Positions 1 through 7,965 of a stretch of DNA of 23,910 bases are shown one piece after another. Below the pieces are notes generated by a model. It was not told the origin of the DNA. It searched no databases and worked only from the letters and a program-made list of their open reading frames with translations. Numbering within the stretch: position 1 is the first letter of the stretch; every line of letters begins with the position of its first letter. The position numbers and the translations under genes were made by a program. Location of the stretch: contig JBIKLL010000038.1 in NCBI GenBank assembly GCA_044359815.1, positions 1 to 23,910 on the forward strand, written 5' to 3'. This stretch comes from Pseudobdellovibrionaceae bacterium (GTDB taxonomy: Bacteria; Bdellovibrionota; Bdellovibrionia; Bdellovibrionales; Bdellovibrionaceae).

Positions 1-452
1 AATTCAGCGAAGATCCCACGGACTTTGCACCAGCAACGGAAACAGAAATAGCCTACGGAGACAAAGAAAAAAAAGTCAGGCAAGATCAGTTCCCAAAGCG
101 CGGTAAGGGCACCTACAGATATATCAAAAGGGACCGAGGACAGTATCATGACAGTCAACCCTATCATTCCAATCGATCAAAATTTCCCTGGAAACGAATC
201 ATTCACAATGTACTGAGACCACCGGTCTATTTTAGAAATAACAATGTCAGTTCGGTGACTTGTTCAGCAAGAGATCGCCGTGGGTACAATTATTCCGTAG
301 TCGAATACGGTTACAACAGACGGATGAATCAATCTCAGATCAGAAACCTGCAAGACGCGGCTCTGGACAAATGTTATTATGAATCTCGTGGTGGCAGCTG
401 CACACTGACCGGCTGTACAGTTGAGTATGGTCGTTCCAGATACAATTATTAG
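1..452 (+). CDS. 5'-partial hypothetical protein with C-terminal 4-Cys domain (loosely DUF4189-like)
   Basis: The frame of ORF 255..452 is open back to position 3 (FSEDPTDFAPATETEIAYG...), so the gene starts before the window. It ends TCSARD...QDAALDKCYYESRGGSCTLTGC...TAG and is followed by a terminator-like hairpin. Confidence 0.7.
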   Translation, partial: FSEDPTDFAPATETEIAYGDKEKKVRQDQFPKRGKGTYRYIKRDRGQYHDSQPYHSNRSKFPWKRIIHNVLRPPVYFRNNNVSSVTCSARDRRGYNYSVVEYGYNRRMNQSQIRNLQDAALDKCYYESRGGSCTLTGCTVEYGRSRYNY

Positions 453-537
453 AACTTAAAAGGGTGGATTTACAGTTTATATAACAAGGCCCCCTGACAT
501 GATGTTTATGGCCCAAGTAAATCCACTCGTAGAACCT

Positions 538-566
538 AAGTGGGGATTAAATATCCCCACTTTTTT
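538..566 (+). terminator. Rho-independent terminator
   Basis: AAGTGGGGAT-taaat-ATCCCCACTT perfect stem running into a T tract, downstream of the 1..452 gene. Confidence 0.75.
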
Positions 567-620
567 GACATATATCATGAGGGTTGAACTTGAATCGTTT
601 CTTTGATCTAAATATTGGCC

Positions 621-1382
621 ATGGCAGACGCACCTGTTTTAGAGCTTAAGAATGTTCAGATTAAATTTGGTGATGACCTGATACTGGACAACGTTAATAT
701 GAAGATTAATTCTGGCGAAAGCGTTGTTCTAATTGGTTTGAGCGGCGGTGGTAAGACCGTTTTGTTAAAAACCATAGCTGGACTGATTCCACCGGCAAAG
801 GGCACCGTCAGCTGTTACGGTCATGATTGGGAAAAGCTGTCTTCGATTGGCAAACATGATCTGGCCAGCAAGATTGGAATGCAGTTTCAAAAAGCGGCTT
901 TGTTTGACGAACTGAACACCTATGAAAATGTCGCCTATCCCCTGAGGGAACATTTAAAATTATCTGAGGAAGAAATTAAAACCAGAGTGCTTGAATGCTT
1001 AAGAGCTGTTAATCTGGAAAAAGCTCAGAACCAACAGGCTCATGAATTATCTGGTGGGATGAAACTTAGACTGGGCGTGGCCAGGGCCATTGCTGCCAGA
1101 CCCGAAATTTTGTTTATGGATGATCCCACTGCCGGATTGGATCCAATCAGTGCTGATGAAATGGCAGAGTTGATTTTAAATATTAAAAAACAAATCAATG
1201 CCACATTGATCATTGTAACCAGTGACATTATGAGAGCTTACCAGTTTGCTGGCAGGATTTTTATTGTGGCTGACAAAGCGGTTCTGGAAACAGGCACTGT
1301 CGAACAAACTAAAAACCATCCCGACCCTCGTGTGCAACAATTTCTACACGGCTGGCTTAAGGGTCCACTGACACCCTTATAA
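621..1382 (+). CDS. mlaF: ABC transporter ATP-binding protein, MlaF/Mkl/Ttg2A family (atypical Walker B and H-loop)
   Basis: Walker A GLSGGGKT, Q-loop FQKAALFD, signature LSGGMKLR, DDPTAGLDP, and C-terminal DPRVQQFL typical of MlaF. ATG at 621 preferred over TTG at 615. Confidence 0.85.
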   Translation: MADAPVLELKNVQIKFGDDLILDNVNMKINSGESVVLIGLSGGGKTVLLKTIAGLIPPAKGTVSCYGHDWEKLSSIGKHDLASKIGMQFQKAALFDELNTYENVAYPLREHLKLSEEEIKTRVLECLRAVNLEKAQNQQAHELSGGMKLRLGVARAIAARPEILFMDDPTAGLDPISADEMAELILNIKKQINATLIIVTSDIMRAYQFAGRIFIVADKAVLETGTVEQTKNHPDPRVQQFLHGWLKGPLTPL

Positions 1383-1408
1383 AAACCAAACACCGAGGTC
1401 ACGAGCCA

Positions 1409-2836
1409 ATGAGCACTGCAACTAGATCTGACTCAACAAAATATTCAAATGAAGATTCAAAATCATCGACAGAAAAACCCAGGATCAGATTTTTAGGTGC
1501 TGCCCAAACAGTGACTGGATCCAAGTATTTAATTACTTACAATCACCAACGGATACTGGTGGATTGTGGACTTTTTCAGGGCCTGAAAGAACTGAGATTA
1601 AAAAACTGGGATCGCTTTCCCGTGGATCCAAAAACAATCAGCGCCATAGTGTTGACTCATGCCCACATTGATCATTCAGGCTATATCCCCAGACTCATCA
1701 AAGAAGGCTTTACAGGAAAAGTTTACTGCGCGGATGCCACTAAGGCACTTTGTAAAATACTGCTTCCTGACACGGGATATTTGCAACAGGAAGAGGCCGA
1801 GTTTTTGAATCGCAGAAGACTGTCTAAACATAAGCCCGCACTGCCTTTGTTTTCTGAAAAAGAGGCCGAAAATTCATTGGATTTCTTTGAATCAAAAAGT
1901 TTTAGCACCCCATTTCAGATTGCAGAAGGGATTGAAGCCACTTTTTTGTACGCAGGCCATATCTTGGGCGCAGCACAGGTTGTTTTGAGACTGGGCGAAA
2001 CCACCATTGGCTTTTCGGGTGATTTAGGCAGACCCAATGATGCTATTTTGATGAATCCTGAGCCCATGAAAAAGGTTGATTATTTAGTGATGGAATCAAC
2101 CTATGGCAACCGCACCCATGAAGATTCTGATCCATCGATCGAGCTTGAAAAAATAATCAATCAGGCTGTTAAAAATAAATCAGTAGTCGTGATCCCATCC
2201 TTTGCCGTGGGCCGTGCCCAAATGCTGCTTTATTATTTGCATCAGTTAAAATCCCAAAATAAAATTCCAGATATTCCCATGTATCTGAACAGCCCCATGG
2301 CAACCAATGTTACTCAGTTACTGAAGCAATTCAGATCTCTGCACAAACTCAGCATCGAAAAATGTGATGAAATCTGCTCAACGGTGAAATACGTTAAATC
2401 GGTCGAGGAATCAAAATGGCTGAATGAACAAAAAGGCCCTATGGTTATAATCTCGGCCAGCGGCATGGCAACGGGTGGAAGGATTTTGCACCACTTGAAA
2501 GCCTTTGCTGGGGATCCCAAAAACTTTATTGTTTTAGCTGGGTTTCAGGCAGCTGGCACCCGAGGACGTTCACTGCAAGACGGCAGTCAGGAAATAAAAA
2601 TATTCAGAGAACTGATTCCAGTCAGAGCCAAAGTTGAAGTGCTGGAAAACCTGTCTGCCCATGCTGATGGCGCTGAGCTCACAGATTGGCTTAATAAGTC
2701 AAAAATAAGTCCAAAGAATATATTTGTGACCCACGGCGAATCCCAAGCCAGTCAGTTTTTGGCGCAGAAACTGCGCACCGAGCTTGGGTTCAATTGTACG
2801 GTGCCAATCCCCGATCGCGAATACGATCTGGATTGA
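1409..2836 (+). CDS. MBL-fold metallo-hydrolase, beta-CASP/RNA-specificity domain (YSH1-like ribonuclease)
   Basis: FLGAAQTVTGS, DCGLFQG, THAHIDHSG, AGHILGA, SGDLG, MESTYG, FAVGRAQ, LSAHAD, FVTHGE motifs. Confidence 0.93.
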   Translation: MSTATRSDSTKYSNEDSKSSTEKPRIRFLGAAQTVTGSKYLITYNHQRILVDCGLFQGLKELRLKNWDRFPVDPKTISAIVLTHAHIDHSGYIPRLIKEGFTGKVYCADATKALCKILLPDTGYLQQEEAEFLNRRRLSKHKPALPLFSEKEAENSLDFFESKSFSTPFQIAEGIEATFLYAGHILGAAQVVLRLGETTIGFSGDLGRPNDAILMNPEPMKKVDYLVMESTYGNRTHEDSDPSIELEKIINQAVKNKSVVVIPSFAVGRAQMLLYYLHQLKSQNKIPDIPMYLNSPMATNVTQLLKQFRSLHKLSIEKCDEICSTVKYVKSVEESKWLNEQKGPMVIISASGMATGGRILHHLKAFAGDPKNFIVLAGFQAAGTRGRSLQDGSQEIKIFRELIPVRAKVEVLENLSAHADGAELTDWLNKSKISPKNIFVTHGESQASQFLAQKLRTELGFNCTVPIPDREYDLD

Positions 2837-2871
2837 TTAATTGCTGAGTTCAGTTGTAATGTGCAGGACCT

Positions 2872-3351
2872 ATGGCTTTAGTGGCGCAACCGAAATGGTT
2901 TAAAAGATTTCTATTAAAAATTTGGAATGTCTGGCCACCCTTTCTGGGCTCTGGAATCACAGTGCATATTCTGACCCAGGATTTGCGCCAGGTGGAAGTC
3001 CGATTGAAACTCAGATTTTGGAATAAAAACTTTTTTGGCACTCAATACGGTGGCTCGTTGTTTTCAATGACCGATGCCATGTATTCGGTGATGTTGATTG
3101 AAAACTTGGGGCCTGGTTATGTGGTCTGGGATAAATCAGCAACCATCAGATATTTGAAGCCTGGCAGGACAAATGTAAAAGCAAATTTTGAAATCACTCA
3201 GTCCGACATTGATAAAATCACCAGCCAATTAAATGAAGTCGAAAAAATGGATTGGCACAAGCCTGTTCAAATTTATGATACCCATCAAAACCTGGTGGCA
3301 GAAGTTGATAAGGTTATTTACATCAGACGTAAGACAACCAAGCAAAAATAA
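2872..3351 (+). CDS. DUF4442/YiiD-C hotdog-fold thioesterase-like protein
   Basis: WPPFLGSGI, NKNFFGTQYGGSLFSMTD, VVWDKSATIRYLKPG. Confidence 0.85.
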   Translation: MALVAQPKWFKRFLLKIWNVWPPFLGSGITVHILTQDLRQVEVRLKLRFWNKNFFGTQYGGSLFSMTDAMYSVMLIENLGPGYVVWDKSATIRYLKPGRTNVKANFEITQSDIDKITSQLNEVEKMDWHKPVQIYDTHQNLVAEVDKVIYIRRKTTKQK

Positions 3352-4189
3352 TTACGCCAGCCAATAAGGCTCCCCAAAAAATTAAAGTCAGCTTTAACAC
3401 CAAAAATTTAAACGATTTTTCTGCCAGCAGGAATACCAAACCCAGTTTTGACAAAAACGCCGCAAACAGTGAAATCGCTACCAACAAACCTAACTGGGTC
3501 ACCTGCAAAACCCCCTGATTGTGAATCTGGCTGTTAGCGATCATAGAGCCATGAATTTCAAAAAGAGATACCAAAAAGGTGATCAAATAAATTCCGCTTT
3601 CACCAAAAGTGATTTGCAAAAATTTAGAGGTCATCAAAATAAAAAATATAAACCCTGTCAGTTTGATCAATCCCCAAGGGTCCAGCGTACTGGGCGGTAA
3701 AGCTTCCTGATGTTGATTTTCTTTCCGCGAAAAATAAATCAACAAAATAGCAATGGCAAACATGGGACATAAAATTACAGCAATCACTGGCAAATGAATG
3801 TGATCAGACCCAACCATAATAATCAAAATAGCCTCTGCCAACATGGCCAAGTTTGTACTGAGAAAAACCAAAACATGACTGGTGATGTTTTTTGATGTTT
3901 GGCTCTTTTTGGCCAAGGCTGCGGTGGTGGCAGTGCTGGAGACTAAACCGCCTAAAAATCCCGAGGCCACAGAGCCTGCTTTGACGCCCAGCCAAAATAT
4001 TAAAACTGACCCCAAGGTCTGCACCAAAGCCAGGGCGAAAATTAATTGTAAAACCCTTTTTGGATTGAATAAATCAAAAGAAAACAGCGTTCTATCAGGC
4101 GATACCCAAGCAAGAATCCAAAGCGCTACTACGATTACCACTGACTGCAGAAAGGGTTTGTAGTTTTGGATCAAGACTTTGTTTTTCAT
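3323..4189 (-). CDS. DUF4010 (MgtC/SapB-associated) integral membrane protein
   Basis: Multiple hydrophobic segments with FNPKRV and GFLGGLVSSTATT signature. Confidence 0.8.
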   Translation of the reverse strand: MKNKVLIQNYKPFLQSVVIVVALWILAWVSPDRTLFSFDLFNPKRVLQLIFALALVQTLGSVLIFWLGVKAGSVASGFLGGLVSSTATTAALAKKSQTSKNITSHVLVFLSTNLAMLAEAILIIMVGSDHIHLPVIAVILCPMFAIAILLIYFSRKENQHQEALPPSTLDPWGLIKLTGFIFFILMTSKFLQITFGESGIYLITFLVSLFEIHGSMIANSQIHNQGVLQVTQLGLLVAISLFAAFLSKLGLVFLLAEKSFKFLVLKLTLIFWGALLAGVIIFAWLSYV

Positions 4190-4220
4190 TAATCCCTTTT
4201 ATACAAGATTGCATTTGCAA

Positions 4221-4235
4221 CTGTCACTGTGACAG
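4221..4235. promoter_or_regulatory. Perfect palindrome, candidate transcription-factor site in a divergent intergenic region
   Basis: CTGTCAC-T-GTGACAG between divergent genes (4189 minus, 4407 plus). Confidence 0.35.
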
Positions 4236-4406
4236 CTGATTTATTTAAGCTTATTCGGGGATCTGCAAAATCCATCCGGCAATTGAATCACTTCAGATCA
4301 TTGTAAAATTCATATAAACCTACACTAATCGCTAATAATCGTTGTCCCTGGGCATTCAGCAGCTTAAAAACTGGAACTTCAAATTTTTAAATCAACAGGG
4401 GTTCCT

Positions 4407-4850
4407 ATGAAGCTATTAATCTGCGCTCTTTCACTACTTTTAACTCCATCTGTTTTTGCCAAAACCATTTTTGCATTGGGAGACATCAAAAATCCCGAAC
4501 TGATTTTTATCGACTCGATTGAAACACGAACCACAAAAGACCAAGTTATAACTGTGATCACTCATGGATCCAAAAAAATTTCTGCTATTTCGCCCATCGA
4601 ACTGAAAGCTCAAATGATTGATTTGTCTCTGCTAGAAGAAAAAGTTAATGGCAAAGTTATTTCCAGCGGAGTGCTTGCTCCGTATATGAAAGATCCCAAT
4701 CATGAATTGTCAGTTGATACAGTTATTCATTGTACAAAGGTCGTTCAAGAAATCTGCAAAGGCTTATCAGTATTTTCGATTCCCCCTACCCCGGTGGCTT
4801 CACTGACCAAAATCAAAGCCGAAACCAAAAAAGGCCTTCTGAAAAAATAG
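4407..4850 (+). CDS. Hypothetical secreted protein
   Basis: Signal peptide MKLLICALSLLLTPSVFA; 147-aa ORF; no family recognised. Confidence 0.7.
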   Translation: MKLLICALSLLLTPSVFAKTIFALGDIKNPELIFIDSIETRTTKDQVITVITHGSKKISAISPIELKAQMIDLSLLEEKVNGKVISSGVLAPYMKDPNHELSVDTVIHCTKVVQEICKGLSVFSIPPTPVASLTKIKAETKKGLLKK

Positions 4851-4918
4851 CTTTGCCTCAAAAAAATTTCGTTGTGACATTTCACTTCGGAATCGAAACT
4901 ATAAAGCCAAAATTTCTT

Positions 4919-5449
4919 TCAAGCTATTACAGTTTCGCCCCTATGGACCTTTGGTGGTATAAAAACTAACTCCCGAACATTGTCTTTTTTTACCTTTTCA
5001 TAGTTGATTACTGGAGAACCAGTCACGTATCTTGTAAGTTCAGCAATCATAAATTCTTTGCCGTCAAGAATTGCCTCGACTACTTCTTCTAATGACAAAA
5101 GGGCCAAAACTTCACCGCCGACTCCAAGTACAGGTAAATGACGAATGTTTTTTCTGGTCATTAAAGCCAAGCACTCATCCAACAAATACTCGGGAGTGAC
5201 ATAAATTACTTTTTTGGCCATAACTTCATTAATTTCAGTTGATAAAGATGACTTTCCAAAGAGCAGTATTTTTCGAGCATAGTCACGTTCAGAAAATAAC
5301 CCCAATATTTTACCTTCTTCCATTACCAAAATGGCACCCAGATTATTCACTGCCATTTTGCGAAGCGCTTTCGCTACCGAGTCTGATGGTGAAACTGAGA
5401 AGATTTTCTTTTTATTTGTCGAGATAAGTAATTCTTTTACCGTATTCAT
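4919..5449 (-). CDS. CBS-domain pair protein
   Basis: VSPSDSVAKAL, GLFSERDYARK, VTPE..LDECLALM..IRHLPV; strong RBS AAGGAGG. Confidence 0.9.
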   Translation of the reverse strand: MNTVKELLISTNKKKIFSVSPSDSVAKALRKMAVNNLGAILVMEEGKILGLFSERDYARKILLFGKSSLSTEINEVMAKKVIYVTPEYLLDECLALMTRKNIRHLPVLGVGGEVLALLSLEEVVEAILDGKEFMIAELTRYVTGSPVINYEKVKKDNVRELVFIPPKVHRGETVIA

Positions 5450-5521
5450 TTTGCCCCTCCTTGTTATTATACAAATCTTTAGTCATTTGGTTTTCGCTGA
5501 TCAGCTAATTATCAAAAAGAA

Positions 5522-5608
5522 CTAAGCAAATTTCACTTTATATAAATTTGTGAAGGCAGCTGGGAAAGGCGGCGATAAACCTGATCTGTAGAGGTTAAAA
5601 TAATTCAT
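5522..5608 (-). CDS. Possible 28-aa small ORF upstream of the CBS gene
   Basis: GAGAGGAG RBS just before ATG; MNYFNLYRSGLSPPFPAAFTNLYKVKFA*. Too short for the ORF track. Confidence 0.35.
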   Translation of the reverse strand: MNYFNLYRSGLSPPFPAAFTNLYKVKFA

Positions 5609-5776
5609 AAGCTCCTCTCAAATAAAATTTCTCTTAGTTGAAAAGCGTTTACGTTTTCTTCTTTGTGCAAATTGGGATCAATGAAAAATTTGTCAAGGCA
5701 ACGAACCGAAAAAAATAATAAAATGTTTGTGCCTTATTTACCGTGCTGGACCAAAGTCCTATGGGTCTGCTAACAG

Positions 5777-6211
5777 TCAATCTATAGGAAACGCGGAAGA
5801 TTTTAAATATATATAATGGGTTGGATAGGAGATTTCAGTGTTTTTATAAATGCAAATAATTGTGCGAGTGTCTGACTTAAGAAATGCCAATTTCATCATA
5901 TCGTATTGGTATAAATTAACTGGATAAATCACTGCCGTGGGGCGAGTAAAATGGGCAATGTATTTTGCCGCCATCACATCCCGAAGCCCATCAGCCGAAT
6001 TGTCTTTTGCCCAACGAAGTGTCGTGGGGTTTAGCGTTAAAGTTCTAACAACAAATCCAACCTTCCATGGACCTGATGCTGTATTTGGCCCCTCCCACAT
6101 TCCCTCGACAATGGCGCACTTTTCCATTGGCCTGGCAAAAACTGAAACTGAAACTGAAACTGAAAAAGAAATAAAAAAAGTTATACAAAATAATGATTTT
6201 AATTTAAGCAT
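5777..6211 (-). CDS. Hypothetical secreted protein
   Basis: Signal peptide MLKLKSLFCITFFISFSVSVSVSVFA; RBS GAGGG; no family recognised. Confidence 0.7.
   Translation of the reverse strand: MLKLKSLFCITFFISFSVSVSVSVFARPMEKCAIVEGMWEGPNTASGPWKVGFVVRTLTLNPTTLRWAKDNSADGLRDVMAAKYIAHFTRPTAVIYPVNLYQYDMMKLAFLKSDTRTIICIYKNTEISYPTHYIYLKSSAFPID
6141..6164. repeat. Hexamer tandem repeat (ACTGAA)x4
   Basis: actgaa actgaa actgaa actgaa encodes the SV repeats in the signal peptide of 5777..6211. Confidence 0.85.
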
Positions 6212-6280
6212 AAATTCCCTCTGTTTTAAACTGATGTCTGTCTAATTATTTCTTTCAGAAAGGTCAAGACAATCAACAGA

Positions 6281-6317
6281 ATAATTCGCATGGCCCTTGC
6301 TTATTTAAAAATCAGTT
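6281..6317. repeat. Isolated copy of one arm of the tRNA-trailer foldback
   Basis: ATAATTCGCATGGCCCTTGCTTATTTAAAAATCAGTT vs 8999-9035 ATAATTCCCATGGCCCTAGCTTATTTAAAAATGAGTT. Confidence 0.85.
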
Positions 6318-6327
6318 CAGTGAATCG

Positions 6328-6684
6328 CTACTTTTTAACCGTACCCTGATGAAATTCCAACTGCCATCTATCTGAATTTTTGCGCCAAACAGTACTCCTT
6401 AAAAATTCAGTTTTGATTCCAGCGACAGTGGTAATTGATATGTATGTTATCAAAACAACTTCGGGAGCCAAAGCTGTAGCTTTAAAATTTATTGATTCGA
6501 TTTTGGAGTCTCCATCCTCGGTGGGAAGCCTCTTTAATATGTCTTCTCTTGTTCAAAGACTTCCAGAAGAGCCATATTCGAAAAAGTCTGGGCTCAATAG
6601 ACCGGCGAGTTTAGCTGCGTTCGAGCGGAATTCAAAAGTATGAAGGGTTTTCTCCAGCTTAAATAAAATTTCAAATTTCTCCAT
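6328..6684 (-). pseudogene. DUF4440 (NTF2-like) pseudogene, paralog of 7966..8322 with internal stop
   Basis: Same 357-bp length as 7966..8322, about 22 substitutions by manual alignment; Trp44 TGG->TGA at 6553-6555. Confidence 0.9.
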
Positions 6685-6691
6685 AACATTC

Positions 6692-6746
6692 CCCATTTGA
6701 GGTCCATGACCAACTTTACATACAAAGTATGCACTCATAAAGTCAG
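6692..6746 (-). pseudogene. Remnant of brnT promoter/operator and first codons
   Basis: CCCATTTGAGGTCCATGA (reads MDLKWG) matches the brnT start CCCATTTGAAGTCCATGA (MDFKWD); TACATACAAAGTATGCACTCATAAAGTCAG matches 8759-8788. Confidence 0.85.
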
Positions 6747-6759
6747 TTTTGGTGCGGCC
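6747..6759 (-). repeat. tRNA-Arg 3'-end copy (att-like) no. 3
   Basis: TTTTGGTGCGGCC identical to 9106-9118. Confidence 0.75.
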
Positions 6760-6858
6760 TAATTTTAACATTAGTAGAGACCAACCGAGAAATTATTAGA
6801 GATTTTTAAAAACTTATTCTACCGTTAAGCAATTGCACGCCAATCAGCAAAAGACGAA

Positions 6859-7740
6859 TTATCTCAGAACCAAAACAGGAACTCGGCTTGCACGTAAAAT
6901 CTGCCGAGTTACGCTTCCACCCATGAGGGCTGTACCTCGACCCGATTTAGCAACGACTGCGACTAGATCAGCTCGCTGCTTGGATGCATGCTTAAGCGCA
7001 AGGGTGCTAATCATTTCAAATTTCGTTGAAATGATAAATTTGCAGATCACTTTCTGTTTGGCACATGCATCTTCTACAGATTTCTTTGTCTGGTTCAGTT
7101 TTTGGTTATAGGCTTTCTCATCGGAACTCAGATTTTTGTCAGCGATATTATAACTGAAACGTGCCGCATGAAACACAATCAGGCGTGCGCCTTTTTCTTT
7201 ACAGAACACGATGGTATCTTCGAGCGCCTTTTGCGAACCACGTTCGCCATCGTAGCAAAAAAACACACTCTTGATCCCACTTTGAAGCTTTGAATGTGGA
7301 TTCACAACAAGAAGCTTGTTTTGAGCCAGGTGCACGATGGACTCGGCAAAGCTGCCAAGAAATAATTTTTTAACAGAACTCCCGCCCTGACTATAGACAA
7401 CGCAAAGATCACAACTGTTTTGTTTTGCCATTTTTAGAAGGTACTCTGCCGCTTTAGTCGTCGATAAAGTTGGAAAATCAACAACATGCAAGCGAAGTTT
7501 TTGAGTGGGAATTCCAGCGTTCTTTAGCTTTTTCTCGAGAACTTTTTTGGGATACGAAGTGAAGCGCTCATCGATAGGAACGTCGAAAGCTAGTGTGAGG
7601 TCAGTTTCGTTACGAGTTACCACATACCCAACATGGATTTCGTCCTTGGGCTTGGCTTGCATGGCTAAAATCAACTTATATGCTCTTTGCAATTGAGTCT
7701 TGTTTTGATGAAAAGGATCTATTCCCCAAAAAATTTTCAT
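6859..7740 (-). CDS. Tandem-domain universal stress protein
   Basis: Two USP repeats: KIFWGID...LFLGSFAESIVH..KLLVV and VFFCYDG...LMGGSVTRQILRASRVPVLVLR; RBS GGAGG. Confidence 0.9.
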   Translation of the reverse strand: MKIFWGIDPFHQNKTQLQRAYKLILAMQAKPKDEIHVGYVVTRNETDLTLAFDVPIDERFTSYPKKVLEKKLKNAGIPTQKLRLHVVDFPTLSTTKAAEYLLKMAKQNSCDLCVVYSQGGSSVKKLFLGSFAESIVHLAQNKLLVVNPHSKLQSGIKSVFFCYDGERGSQKALEDTIVFCKEKGARLIVFHAARFSYNIADKNLSSDEKAYNQKLNQTKKSVEDACAKQKVICKFIISTKFEMISTLALKHASKQRADLVAVVAKSGRGTALMGGSVTRQILRASRVPVLVLR

Positions 7741-7917
7741 ACCTGTACCTCCATGAACCTAGCCGCAAAATTTCTATATTAGCTTACAGTAGAAACGATA
7801 ACCTATATTTTACGTATTTAAAATGGATAAATGTTCTACTACTTATCGTTTGAAAGTATAGTCGCAGACGACGTTTTTGAGTTAAACCTAAAAGTGTCAA
7901 AAAGTCCCGAAAAAGAA

Positions 7918-7949
7918 ATTTGGTGCGGCCGGCTTGAGGAGTTTCGAAC
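7918..7949 (-). repeat. tRNA-Arg 3'-end copy (att-like) no. 2, with displaced T-loop motif
   Basis: Minus strand GTTCGAAactcctcaagCCGGCCGCACCAAAT vs tRNA GTTCGAAtctctCCGGCCGCACCAAAA. Confidence 0.85.
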
Positions 7950-7965
7950 AAAGTACATTAAATCG

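Noticed and set aside
453..614. 6S RNA
   Set aside because: There is some long-range pairing, but the region is short, contains a terminator-like hairpin with a T tract, and lacks a convincing closing stem and central bubble.
6553..6555. TGA recoded as Trp or Sec in the DUF4440 copy
   Set aside because: TGA is the normal stop for several genes here (e.g. 2836, 14163, 19504) and the paralog has TGG; a nonsense mutation is simpler.
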